NCBI GenBank assembly: GCA_951406725.2
Contig: OX597822.1
Coordinates: forward strand, 16,616,001 to 16,680,000
Direction of reading: 5' to 3'
From: Octopus vulgaris
Taxonomy: Eukaryota
Length of the DNA: 64,000 nt
Shown: in pieces, positions 11,501 to 25,003 of the stretch
How positions within the stretch are numbered: position 1 is the first letter of the stretch
Layout of the letters: each line of letters begins with the position of its first letter
Position numbers and translations under genes: made by a program
The notes under the pieces: generated by a model
Told to the model about the DNA's origin: nothing
Database searches by the model: none
Seen by the model: only the letters and a program-made list of their open reading frames with translations

Positions 11501-13519
11501 TTCCTCACGTGTACTTTTAGAAAGCAAGAATTTCAATAAACACCAATTTTTTCAATCATCTTCAGCTTCTAGTTACAGCCTGCACAAAAGAGAGATTGTA
11601 TGTAACCTATTCTAAATACATCAGGTAGCAATATTTACACTAAACATCTATTTTGTTTGACTGGTAGACATTTCACGGCGACGGTGAGGAACAATTGTCG
11701 ATCAGATTATCTGACGATATCCTATATTTTCTAAACAGAAAATTTGACTAAAATAGACTCAAAGGAATATTTTCCATTACCAGTTAGAACTGTTTACAAA
11801 ATAGCGCATAGATTCAGGAACCAGAATTAACTTGTAAAAATATCTGACAAGCGATGTCTGGTAGATGATATCATTCGTATCTTAAATAGATCAATGTTTA
11901 TTTTCGCGAAACAATTAGATATTGCGATGGATGGTTAGAAACGATAGTTTAGAAAGAGAGAGAGAGAGAGAGAGAGAGAAGAACAAGATAGAGGGAGAGA
12001 GAGAAAGAGTAACGATGGACACCGAGAATGACTCGATGTAATATTGAATTGAAGAGTTGAAGCGAATGAAAAGTAATTTTATGCATTTACTGGATGCCAT
12101 TTCATAAATGAAACATTTGGCTTCCTTTAATAAAGACCGATCCGAAATTATCACTATTAAAGCGCAATCATCAAGCTACGGTATGTTTCTAATAAAGGAA
12201 TTTTAGTGCAATATCTCTAATACTTGACTTATAATAATCTCCCTTCAAAGCTCTCAACATTTTATTGTCCTTTCTTTCAGCGTTATAAATAGCGAGTCGT
12301 GCTTGTGTGTAATACTTAAGTTTATGGTTCTAAGTACACAGACAGACGTCTGTTAAAAGGCATAAATGTAATAAGTACATGTAATGCAATGACCAGTAAT
12401 GTCCGAATTAGTACATTGACGTGGTTAATGCATTGCAGCAGTTCTCTGTGTCTATTTTCTGTGTTCAAACCACGTTATAATCGATTTTTGTATTTCAATA
12501 TTACCATAAATAGTATTAATTATCCAACTCCTCCTCTCTTAAAATATCTAAGGTTTCCCAGTTAGCAGAAATCAATTCAGGGACACGTACAAGAATGGCT
12601 ACATAGATCTATTCTCTCGAAATTATCTGATCATGTTACTTTGGGGCCCGAATCATTTTCGTTTAGATTAAAGAAATTAACCTTTTACACTGCTAATCTA
12701 TGTATACTTAAGTAAGAATTACAAGACTCTTATATCGGTGAAATGGTTGAGTGAACTATAAGTAATTGAGTAATAATTCATGGTTCGATGGATTAAAGCC
12801 ACAACAGACATTTTGTCTGGTCTTCCGGAACGATTATTACTCGACATGCCTTTCATCTATTTGCTGTTGGAAATGTAAAGAAAAATTCGGCAAAAATTAG
12901 CTGCAATAAGCTGTAGCAGCCTAATTGGACATTTTATTCTCATTTATTAAATTCTAAATTCAATTGAAAACAGAATTAAGTGCCAATTGAGGGAGTCCCA
13001 ATGCACAGTTGAAAAGACTGAACAAAATTCATAATCAGTCTCGGGGAACTTTTGAAACCAAATCCTGTTTGAAAATCTATTGCGGTATCATGGTAGCATG
13101 TAACCTTAATAACTCGCTGGGAATATAATGCACATCCACACAGAGAATGCGAGGTCAGTTCTCAGCAAATCCAGTTGTCGATATAATATCTCTCTCTCTC
13201 CAGTCACACTCTCAGTGTCAATCGGAATGAAATTCACGGGAGAGGAAACAAATAAACATGATGATGCATTGATAGAAAAGTAAGATGAAAGGGTTACACA
13301 GAAAAGAAGAGGTTAGCTACAAAGGGATTTTATAATTTGGACGGAACATGTAAGGCAGGAATGAAAATTAATTTTGCTTTATTTCAGTAGCCTGGTGTAA
13401 TATATATAGGCGTACATACGAAGGGTAACATATAATCGAAAAAAGGAGACGAAGAGTGAATTTAGAACTTTAAAATTGCTTCGGTAGTATTTCCAATGAA
13501 GCACTTGACCCAAAATATA

Positions 13520-13760
13520 CAGGAGTGGCTGTGCTTGCTTCTCAGCCACAGGATTTCGAGTTCAGTCCTTCTGCATGGCACCTTGAGCAAGTGTCTTCTA
13601 TTATAGCCTCAGGTCGACCAAAGCACTGAGTAGATTTGGTTGGGAAAAAGAGAACGATAGAATAAGTACCAGGCTTTAAAAATGTAAGTCCTGGAGACGA
13701 TTTGTTCGACTAAAAGCCTTCACTACGATGCCCCAGCATGGCTGTAGCCTGACCACTGTA
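13520..13760 (+). mobile_element. Internally deleted, diverged SINE family A copy
   Basis: caggagtggctgtg head, caccttgagcaagtgtcttcta, gatagaataagtacc and ccccagcatggctgtag tail. Confidence 0.75.
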
Positions 13761-13816
13761 ACAAGCAACACACACACACACTGCAAGGTAGATATATATA
13801 ATTTCGTAGAGAGATA

Positions 13817-14236
13817 GGCGTCGAGCTGGCAGAAACGTTAACGCGCCGGGCGAAATGCTTAGCAGTATTTCGTCTGCCGCTACGTTCTGAGTTCAAATTC
13901 CGCCGAGGACGGCTTTGGCTTTCATCCTTTCGGGGTCGATTAAATAAGTACCAGTTACGCACTGGGATCGATATAATCGACTTAATCCGTTTGTCTGTCC
14001 TTGTTTGTCCTCTCTGTGTTTGGCCCCTTGTGGGTAGCAAAGAAATAGAAACAGGTATTTCGTTTGTCGTTACGTTCTGAGTTCAAATTCCGTCGAGGTC
14101 GACTTTGCCTTTCATCTTTACGGGGTCGATAAACAAAGTACCAGTTTCGCACTGATGTCGATGTAATCATCTTAATCCCTTTGTCTGTCCTTGTTTATCC
14201 CCTCTATGTTTAGCCCCTTGTGGGCAGTAAAGAAAT
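13817..14236 (+). mobile_element. tRNA-derived SINE family B: full copy plus 5'-truncated copy in tandem, bounded by a 21-bp direct repeat
   Basis: ggcgtcgagctggcagaaacg head, B box gagttcaaattc, core ctttcatcctttcggggtcgattaaataagtaccag; atatatataatttcgtagaga at 13792-13812 and 14237-14257. Confidence 0.9.
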
Positions 14237-15345
14237 ATATATATAATTTCGTAGAGAAAGCGGTAGAAAGATGTATTTAGAAATGAACTCCAGATAAAAC
14301 AATGGGATTTAATGGAAGTGGGAGAGTGAGAGAGTGACAGTGGGAGGGAGAGTAGACAGTGACTTAGAAATGAAGCGAAAAGACAAAATATGAATTTGTA
14401 AGTAAAGGTAATCTATTTGATAATAAAGTTAAATAGTGTGAAAGGGATCGGCAATTAATAGTTAATGAATGTAATTATCTTCAGGGAATGGTTAAGTGAA
14501 GATGAAAATCAACACGTCCCGAGGTAATGGATGTCAGTAAGGAAATTTAGGTTGGTTAGTAGAGCAGCGAGCAATTAGGCTATGAATAGGGCAGATTAAT
14601 AGTGTTGGGTGCAATGTGGTGGATTAAAAGGGGTGAGGAGAAGGAGAGAAGGAAAGAAGAATGAGAAGAAGAGATTAAATGAAGAAATACAGGGAAAGAC
14701 TTGAAGATAATGTGAGGAAATGAAAGACAGAAAGAAACTATCAAAGAAGGGAAGAAAGTGTGAGAAGAACAAAGAGGAGGAAGAGAACAACAACAACAAG
14801 CAGAGGAACAAGAGAATGGAAAAGAAGAGGAGAAAGAAGAGGAATGGAAGAAGAGAGGAAAATACCCGGTGATATGTAAGTGCATATATAAATTATGAGT
14901 TAATTATCGTAAGCCGTAAATGATAAAGCAAATGGTTGAAACGCTCTGCAAATGTACGCTGCAGATTTCGAAGATAAAAGAGGAACGATGAAATAATTCT
15001 AGCAAAAGACAATTTACTAACTAGACGTCAGAAATCTTGAGAGTGGAGAGAATTTGCGAGGTTTTCGAGTAAAATTATAATGAATACAAAAGATTCTGAC
15101 AGAGACGAGCTGCAGGAATTGCTATAAAATGCTGAATGTGGTTGGTAAAAATTAACATTGAGAGGAGATCATATAGTAATGCAGTAAAAAAAAACTGTTT
15201 TTAATGCAAAAATAGATAAAGGGGGATGGCGTGATGATAGGTAAAAATGGGAAAGTAGAACCGTTGCAGAAGGACTCTGAAGAAAAGACAAATAAACGAA
15301 TTATAGATTTAAACCCATGGCAAGCAGAACAATAGCCGTGTGTAA

Positions 15346-15573
15346 AGCAGATCAACAAGAAGATCTTCTGCGGTATGTGACAAACCGGTTTCAACAGATT
15401 GCAATGCCACAGATTCTGAGAGTTCTACGCAAAACGACTGTATCGTTTGTCAGTGTGAATCTATCAGCATGGCTCTGTTGCCATGTCGACATGCATGCGT
15501 GTGCAGGACTTGTTTTAGCAAGCTTGAACGTTGTCCCATGTGTCGTGAATACATACATTCCTACTTCTGTTAA
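15346..15573 (+). pseudogene. C3HC4 RING-finger coding segment (CGRRF1/IAP-type RING); isolated exon or pseudogene fragment
   Basis: Frame of 15421 reads ...TDSESSTQNDCIVCQCESISMALLPCRHACVCRTCFSKLERCPMCREYIHSYFC*, a complete C-x2-C-x11-C-x-H-x3-C-x2-C-x6-C-x2-C; bounded by TAA at 15343 and 15571; frame stays open to TGA TGA at 15685-15690. Confidence 0.8.
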
Positions 15574-16372
15574 GAAGATCCATTTCCCGGCTGTTACTCT
15601 TCAAACGCTACTTTGTCAACTTCTAGTCCAGTGCCTTATGCTGCAGGCCAAATGCATCGGCCTGCACCTCACATTCCCATGCAGTGATGAGGAAGAAAAA
15701 GGTCAATTAATAAGAATTGGAATATGGTCGAGAATGAAGCGATAAGGCAATAAAAGTTTTAAAAAAGAGCATAGGTAATGTATGAGAAGTTTGTGTTTAG
15801 TAAAAGGTAAAGATTGAGATGGCAGTAAGTAAAAATTATGTGTAGATGGTGCAGAGTTTAGGTAAATGTGTCTGGTGGAGCGCCTCGGCATTATCGTTCG
15901 AATAAAGCTTTGGGTTTACAATGCACGTTCGGCTTTGAAGCTTTGTATGTACAGAAATGAATGCTGCCCTTGTTTATTTAATCAATTACACTTTAACCTG
16001 TAAAACGGTTAACTTATTGTCGGGCTAACAGAAAAAAACAGGCCTTTTATCACCAGTTTTTGGCCCTTTGGGGTTATTGTTCGTGTAAGTTTATAGCTAG
16101 CATTTTCTATTAACTCAAATAAATTTGAAGAAAGTAGTTTCGGTTTCTTAAAATTCAGATTTCTAAATGTGATAGCGGGGTTATTGTGTCGTAGTTTAAA
16201 AGGAAAGGATGAACTTCTATGATTGTTGAACTTATTTCTGCCAACATTACACTTCTACATTATTTCATAATCGAAGCATCTATATTCTAGATGGTATTGA
16301 TTAAGGTTAATGCCTATATAATTCACGCAATTAAACGCACGTATGACTTTAAACAAGCACATGTACACACAC

Positions 16373-16447
<75 letters not shown>

Positions 16448-16977
16448 GGGAGAGTGAAAGAGAGGAAGGGAGAGAGATAGCTGCACGCACGTTCATGCAC
16501 ACACATACACACACACACATCCAAATAGGGTACCTTATCAGCTGACAAATGATTGGAAGGGAAAGAAAGCCTGTTCTAATCTGCTGGAAGCGTTTGATTG
16601 AAATGAAGACACATTTTTCTTTTCTGTTCTGGTGATCGGGAATGAAAGATGGACAAATCTTTAGGATTAAACAACAAAAGGTTATTCCATGGAATGTCGA
16701 GCCACCTCTTATCCAAGGCCAAAGACTTTCCAGAGCAAGCGATCGGCACAGAAACTCATGATGTCATAATGTCTGCTTTGTGGGATGACGACGGGCGTCT
16801 TTCTCCTTGATTCATACATATATAGATATGTATATGCGCGTGTGTGTGCAGTGTGGGTGTGTGTAGTGTGTGTGTATTTATGCATGAGTATGTATGTATA
16901 TATACATACACACAGACACACATATATATATATATATGTTTATATATGTATGTGTATATATATATATGTATATATAA

Positions 16978-17024
<47 letters not shown>

Positions 17025-17045
17025 CATACATATATATATGTATGT

Positions 17046-17204
17046 GCAGGAGTGGCTGTGTGGTAAGTAGCTTGCTAACCAACCACATGGTTCCGGGTTC
17101 AGTCCCACTGCGTGGCATCTTGGGCAAGTGTCTTCTGCTATAGCCTCAGGCCGACCAATGCCTTGTGAGTGGATTTGGTAGACGGAAACTGAAAGAAGCC
17201 TGTC

Positions 17205-17251
<47 letters not shown>

Positions 17252-17447
17252 TGTGTGTGTGTGTTTGTCCCCCTAGCATTGCTTGACAACCGATGCTGGT
17301 GTGTTTACGTCCCCGTCACTTAGCGGTTCGGCAAAAGAGACCGATAGAATAAATACTGGGCTTACAAAGAATAAGTCCCGGGGTCGATTTGCTCGACTAA
17401 AGGCATGGCCGCAGTCAAATGACTGAAACAAGTAAAAGAGTAAAGAG
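17046..17447 (+). mobile_element. SINE family A, full length
   Basis: Same structure as 10582-10992 with a small deletion in the 3' tail; embedded in (TA)n-rich DNA. Confidence 0.92.
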
Positions 17448-17515
17448 TATATGTATATATACATACATATATATATATATATATACATACATATATATTT
17501 ATATATATATATATA

Positions 17516-17881
17516 CTAGCAGTATCGCCCGGCGTTGCTCGGGTTTGTAAGGGAAATAACTATAAAGCATTTTTAGAGAGTTATAGCCAAAAAATAGCAA
17601 AAAAATGGAAAAAAAGTTATGGTAAATTTTTTTTTTAGTTAAAAAAGGTGGAGTTGCGTTCCCTAGACAGTCTGTGGTTTGTGTTTCTGATTCTCGACCC
17701 CATGTCGAATTTATCGATTTTTTTTCAGAACTGGGGGAACTTTTCAAAATTTTCGCTGCGTTAGTTTTGAATTATGACATTGGGCTATGTGTGTCAAGTT
17801 TCATCAGAATCAGGGTGAGGGTACAACCTGACAGACACACAGACACACAGACAGACAAACTGCCGTTTATATATAGAGAGA
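17516..17881 (-). mobile_element. Non-autonomous Helitron
   Basis: Minus strand starts TC (tctctctatatataaac), ends cccgagcaacgccgggcgatactgCTAG with a subterminal GC hairpin, sits between A and T, no TSD. Confidence 0.8.
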
Positions 17882-18210
17882 TATTGGGTCATCCCATAAT
17901 TAATGCCCTTTTTTAATTGCAAAAAGTAAAAGTCGGCGGGGGACGGGATAAACTACCAGCATCAACTTGCTATAAAAGCAGTAATTTTACTTTGTATTTA
18001 TCGTTAGCGCAAGCTTTGAAGAGTGCAGTTCGGTTTTAACATAATGGAAGTGACAAAGGAGGCTCTTCGGCATATTTTGCTTTTTTTAGTTTAATAAAGG
18101 CAACGGAAAGTGCGAGGAATGTTAATGCAGTATATGGGTTATTGGACAATAAGCGTGAGCCAGTTTCAACAGAGATCCCAGGAATTTCGAGCTGGAAACT
18201 ACAGCACTCA
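17882..18210 (+). mobile_element. Mariner relic (left TIR and N-terminal transposase HTH)
   Basis: TA-ttgggtcatcccata TIR-like start; MEVTKEALRHILLF...ESARNVNAVYG...QEFRAGNYS with frameshifts. Confidence 0.7.
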
Positions 18211-19048
18211 CGATATTTCCATATATGTTTGACTAGAAATGTAAACCCCTACATGACTAAACAGTACAAAATGCGAATTTGGTAAAACAGTTGCGTTTAG
18301 TTTTAATTGTTTTCGTAATTACAGGTTTGAATTTTGCAACAAATAGTTGAGGGAAAAAAAAGAGTTTCCACTGACAACATTAATAAAAATCACTTTTAAA
18401 TGTGTTAAACAAAGAGCTGTGTATGTTCTTCAATCTATGAATGTAGTTTTGTTTGTGTTGGATATGTTGTCGGAAAGAAAATATTGTCGCTGTAAAATTA
18501 GTTGAAATCAACAGAAGTTGCATGTCCGCAAGAGACATAGCAATTTAGGGTTTGTTGAACTAAAACGTGTCCTTTATTGAGCCTGGACGGATGAAAGCTA
18601 TAACAGCATTTCCAATCGTTGAGTTCTGTTTGAAGAAACAGTCAGATCAGTTTTTTTGCGGTTGCATTTGACGAGTAAAAAGAGTGACACAGCTTTGACT
18701 TCTGCTTATGAAACCCAGGAATGACTGGAAGGTAATATTCTTTGATTCTTCCAATAAACCGATATAAAGAAGTAAACAACCCAAATGTCCTTACTTTTAT
18801 ATTACACACACACACATACTCACAAACACACACACACAAACACACGCGCACACACATACAAACAGACACAGACGTATGTACGTGTGTGAATGGAGGGACT
18901 GACATTTGCAATAGGTCTAACAGAAAAACCGTTCACATGTATACAAAAATCAATCTACATACATACACTGACATATTAACACACATACACATATATACGC
19001 ATACACATATATATATATATATGTATGTATGTATGTATATATATGCAT

Positions 19049-19103
<55 letters not shown>

Positions 19104-19184
19104 AACACATAAGCACACATATATATATACATACAAATGCACAGACCATTACAGACACATATATGCATATGAACGTGTTTGTAT

Positions 19185-19227
<43 letters not shown>

Positions 19228-20119
19228 TGTGTATGTGTGTGTGTAGATATGTACGTAAGTGTGCGTGTACGTAATAGAAAGAAGCTGAAATATAAAATAA
19301 AGATAAATACAATACTTAAAAGATAAAGTTTCGATTGTACATTTCTTATCAAAAATCACCCGCAGCTCATTAACATAGGACTCTTATCTACGATGCCATT
19401 TACTGTTTGGTATCTTCCTTATTCTTTCCTGCAAATATCGTACGACTTATAAAACTGAACATAGTACAAGGCAGTTCAAGCTGATCTATTTTCACCTGGT
19501 TTTGCAGAGACGACACAGCATAAAGATTTGGAAGCGAGAGAAAGAAGGAGAGAATCAAAAGTGAAAACTTGGAGGATGAAAGAATGACATGGATGTATGG
19601 GTTCACCATTTTCTTCGCCCTATACCAAAAGGTTGTCACTGACGGTTGACAGGATCCACCAAGTCAGCCCTGCATCGCTATAAATTCACTGGTTCAGAAC
19701 ATCAATGTAAGAAATTTGAATATTTTGCTCTCCCTAATATTCGCTTAGTGTGTGTTGGAAACGTTTGCTCCAGTTGCCTGCAAGGCTTCTACGCTTCCTG
19801 AAAGTCTCGGGATATCGAAAACAATTACTACATAAATATGTATTCCTAGAGAAATATCTAACTCCGATTTTCCTTTACGTAATTTATACTGCAATCTCTG
19901 ATTTACATACTTTCCAAAGAAACCATGACTGGACCATTTCATTTCAGACGGTTAAAGTCATATACGAACACTTACATTTATCTATATACATTTCTGTATA
20001 TATGAACAGTGAAACATATATTTATATACATGTGAGTATAGAGATATACACATGTATATAATACAAACATGTAACTCGGTACAGAAATTCTGTCTGCAAT
20101 GTCGTCGTTCGAAAATCTT

Positions 20120-20467
20120 TAATCTTTCACCTGTTTCAGTTATTAGACTGCGGCCATGCTGGGGCTCCGCCTTGAATTTTTAGTTGAATGCATCAACCCC
20201 AGTACTTACGTTTTTAAAGCCCGGTACTTATTCTATCATCCGCTTTTGCCAAATCGCTAAGTTACGGGGAGATAAGTACACTAACACTGGTTATCAAGCG
20301 GGGGGGGACAAACACACACACACACACACACACATCCACCAAATCCCCTCACAAGGCATTGCTCGGCCTGAGCCTACAGTAGAAGAAAGTCGCCTAAATG
20401 ACTGAGAATGACCCCGAAAGCATGCGGTTGGGAAGCGAGCTTCTTACCACGCAGCCACACCTGCACC
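20120..20467 (-). mobile_element. Diverged SINE family A copy
   Basis: tgtttcagttattagactgcggccatgctggggctccgcc tail and cttcttaccacgcagccacacctgcacc head in reverse orientation. Confidence 0.8.
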
Positions 20468-21199
20468 TAAATGCAAACATATATTTACATTTGTGTTTGT
20501 ATAGGTGCACATAATGCAAACATGTAACTCGGTACGGAAATTCTGTCACAGGTGACGCCGTTCGTAAGTACCCCCTTTTTGTTTCTTTTATCCTTGGTTG
20601 TTTCTTTTATTTTTTTCTGATCTTTCACAAGTTGATCTCGCTGAAAGATGCTTGCTGGAACACCACGAAGGAAGAAACATTTGCCCATGATATATATAAT
20701 AGGTTCAAATCCACAGGTACTTAGTTGTGGGGCAAACTTCTCCTCGGCTGCACTCACGATATTCCCATGTATGTTTGCAATGCGGTCAAATACGCCAATA
20801 ATACGTCGAATTTTACTTCGGTTTTATACAGTAACAATACACGGATATTTTTTAAATAATAACTAGTGTCAAACAGATTATCTCATTCGTCTCTGTCCAA
20901 ACTAAACTGCTTGCTACATCTCACGCTGAAATTATATTCTCTCCCGAAATATCGATAATATTCACATTTATTGCCAAAGAGATAGATTGCAATAAACAGA
21001 TGCAGAAATAAAATTCTTCCAGTTCCTAAATATTCTCCATTAGAAACCATGTGATGTTATTGGACTTCTGGTGTGTTTTTACAATTCATTAAACTATGTT
21101 AGTGGTTGCCATGAAAAATCAGGATAATTGTAATGGAAATCAGGTTAGTGTACCATTTCCATTGAAAATTCTTTAGATTTAGAACAAATTTTAATCTTC

Positions 21200-21400
21200 C
21201 TTTATCTTTTACTCGTTTCTGTCATTGGACTGTGACCATGCTGGGGCACAGCCTGAATGGGTTTAGTCAGACAAATCGACCCGAATGCTAATTCTATAAA
21301 ATTTGGTGCTTACTTCATCGGTCTCTGCACCGAACCGCTAGATTATGGGGAGGTAAACGAACCAAGACAAGTTGTCATGCAGTGATGGCGACAAACAATA
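21200..21400 (-). mobile_element. SINE family A 3' half, diverged
   Basis: gtttctgtcattggactgtgaccatgctgggg...ccgaaccgctagattatggggaggtaaac. Confidence 0.7.
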
Positions 21401-21966
21401 AAAAAAACACACACACACACACTTACACACACACGTGCACATCAGATATGAGGACAGTATTGCTATACACTAAAAGCCAGTGTGACAGCCATACACTTTC
21501 TGCTGATTCAAACAACGTTTTGTTGCAATTCTACCCAACGTTTCGCGTTTAGCTCACGATTTAATTTCATTAGCTCCTTGCTAGAGATAACACATTTTAC
21601 GTAATCTTTATATTTCAGCGGAAAACTGCTTTATCACACGAGATCAACCGGCAATTTAATGGCTTATTTGTCGTCAACAGCTGAGGTTTGCTTGCATCTC
21701 TTCTTTTCTTGTGACAGTCAACAGCTGGATTATATCTCCATCTATACTCGTACCCCAGTTTCACACTGATAATTATTAACTGTCTGGTGCTTCCTGTTGG
21801 CGTCATTTAGAGGACTCCATTACACTGAACATTCTAGAGAAATATCTTATTTGAGACACATTCACTCCTTCTTCATCGAAATGTCGTTTGGGTTGGTTAT
21901 TCTTTAAAACATTTTGTTTATATTCTTGTAAATTAAATATTTTGCCGCATTTTAGCTCTGGTTTGA

Positions 21967-22178
21967 AGGCGCTGAGGTGGGAGAATCGTTAGCACACCGG
22001 GAACACTGCTTTGCGACATTTCGTCTGTCTTCACGTTCTCAGTTCAAATCCACTGAGGCCCACTTTGGCATTCATCATTTCGGGGTCGACAAAATAAGAA
22101 CCAATTGAACACAGGGGTCGATGTAATCATCTGATCTCATCCCACAAAATTACTGGCCTTGTACCAAAATTTCAAACC
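21967..22178 (+). mobile_element. SINE family B, diverged, alternative tail
   Basis: Family B head and core; tail aaaattactggccttgtaccaaaatttcaaacc. Confidence 0.75.
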
Positions 22179-22914
22179 GTAATTCTATCTCTGGTTCAAG
22201 AATCATTCGAACCAAGTTAACGTAACAATATAAACATAGAAGTAACTGAATATGTGTCGCGTGAATATTTCATCGGGTGAGTGATTACTTTGTCGAATGC
22301 TTGTAATCAGCGACTCTTTTGTTCCCAAGTGTATGACATAAATAAGGGGAAACAGAGAAGTGTCTATAAAGTGGAATTCACGCTTAAGTATTTCGTAGCG
22401 ACAAAACGTGTAGAAAGTATTGAACCCAGAACGCTATTTTGATACCCGGCAAATATCGTTGCTCTTAAACACAATTTGTCCTTTAGTAAGGCAACGGCCG
22501 TGTTTTTATCTGAATGGACAAATTTATTGAACAAAAAGCGATAAAATAAAATTTATCACTTGTTTAGTGTTTAACAATACTTAATTGGGCTTCATAAATT
22601 AATTGTACATAAATATTAATTGTAGATGTTCAATCAAAAATTAAATAACATCAAACATTTGATAATCTGCTTACTATAACATTTTTGTAATGCATATTCA
22701 AATTTGAGTCGTCATTAGAAAAGACAGAACGAAATGGAAACAAATGTAACGAAAAGAAAGCCAATGATTTATATGCGTTGATTTTTGCAAAGCTATAACA
22801 GATGCCGGATTAGATTTATTGATTTTTCCAAATCCTATGACGAGCGAGAACAATGTCAAGTCACGATTATCTGATTTCCAGTTACTATTTACAACCAATT
22901 TACTCTGCACTGTT

Positions 22915-22930
22915 TCTGTCTCTCTCTCTT

Positions 22931-22977
<47 letters not shown>

Positions 22978-23150
22978 TTCTTTCTCTCTTTCTCTCTCTC
23001 TTTCTCTATTTCTTTCTCTCTCTTTCTCTCTTTCTTTCTCTCTTTCTCTCTTTCTCTATCTTTCTCTATCTTTCTCTCTTTCTTTCTCTCTTTCTCTCTC
23101 TCTTTCTCTCTCTCTCTCACTCTCTCCCCCCACCTCTCTCTCTCTCTCCA
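22915..23150. repeat. Compound (CT)n/(CTTT)n polypyrimidine tract
   Basis: Direct reading. Confidence 0.95.
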
Positions 23151-23797
23151 CCTCTTCCTCTTCCCTCTTCCCTCCTAAATATACAGATCGCCTTCATCGT
23201 GTACCTAATGACAACCAAAACACTGCATGCAAATGCAACGCTTTCTTTAAAACAAAGAAAAACACAAAAACGGAATTGAAATTTTCCATCAAGAATTTTC
23301 TGCAAAGAAATTACAAGAAACTCGCAATAAATTCTGAAAGTGTATAAGAGCAAAACAGCAAACATATTTAGTTCCATGTCTTCTATGTCTAACTGACTGC
23401 CAATCTATCATTTCTGGGAATCTATCTTTTTGCTGCTCCCCCCCGCCGCCCCCACCACCACCACCACCAACTCCAACGTATTTCAAATTTTTTATTATCT
23501 CTTATATACTTTATCACTAGCTTAGTGTGCGCGCGAACGTGTATGTGCGTGTGTAAATGTATGTGTGCGTGCGTGTGTGTGTGTGTGTGTCTGTGTGTGT
23601 AGTTTCTCAAATTCAGTATATTGTTTTAGATCTTTGCATTCTTGTTGTGAGATTTTACATTATAAATTGAATAATGCGATTAAACATATATAAACCAGTT
23701 AACACAAATAGAAAATATGGAAATCTTTTAAGATGCACACACACACACCCACACTCACACACACATACATACATACATACATACATACATACATACA

Positions 23798-23829
<32 letters not shown>

Positions 23830-24160
23830 CAGATTTTCGCCATTAAAACACCATTGAACTGAGGTGTATTTGATCATGGTTTAACATATACTTTAGTTAT
23901 TTATTAAATTCACAGTATAGACTTACAGGTGAAGGCCTAAGGCACGGGCGTTAGGATATTTTGTTCAGGATCATAGTGTCGTGGGTTCACTTCCGCCACT
24001 AAGTGGTGCGTTGTTTCCTTCAGCAAGGCTCTTTATTCCACTTTGTTAGATTAATCAACTGAAAAATGAGAACCAACTGAGTTGTGACGCAGCTCTTTCT
24101 ACCCGACCTCCTCCAGCAGTTACAACTTGTTATGTCGTTGGGTCAAAGAGAGGAACAGTC

Positions 24161-24193
<33 letters not shown>

Positions 24194-24930
24194 TCTATGT
24201 CTACCCTTAATACGTTGACATCTAAAACATTTAGCGAACCTGTGATAAAAGTCACCACGTTTTTAGAGTATTTAGTTACATTTGTCGGTGAGTAGCAGGT
24301 AGAAAAGTATGCAACAAGGAAGTTTCCGGGAACGAGTAAACACACAACGCTTCCCCTGAAAGCGTTTCTATCATTATGGCAATGTTCTGAAAAACCATTA
24401 TCGCCGTTGCTTCATTGACAAAGACAAAACAGAATCGGAAGAGTGCCTTGTGGTGTTTACTTGCATCCCTGAAGGAAGTGAACTTGCTCTTTTGTTGTTC
24501 CAATAGCAAAATCATTTCTTCTAACCGAATTTATAACATTCAATCATCGCACCTGCTACATTTTCGCCAATTTCGAAACGCATTTGCATATTGCCAATTC
24601 AATTGTTTCATTTATTTGGAATTGTCTACAGAATGCTCCCAGGGCATGTTCCTGACACAGCAAAGATCAGTTCTGGTGAAAACTACAAGATTGAGTTTTT
24701 TCCATTCACAGCTATAAATGAAAATAACCAAACATTTACAAAACTTGTTCATTCAACATTCCTTTCCGTCGTGAAGCCGCCGCCATCTCTGTTTTGTTCT
24801 GCTTTGTTTAGTTCTTCGAGCTTTCTTTTCTTGAATTCCCCGAAATCGAGACATTACTGATTCCAGAAACCATTTTGCACACGATGTTACACTCTTATCT
24901 TCACTCTATATTATTTCGCATTTATCAATG

Positions 24931-24931
24931 C

Positions 24932-25003
<72 letters not shown>

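Noticed and set aside
15317-15745. 142-aa ORF in the ORF track
   Set aside because: No recognisable motif; the real signal (RING) is in a different frame
17046-17120. tRNA gene
   Set aside because: The A and B boxes belong to a SINE head; no complete cloverleaf
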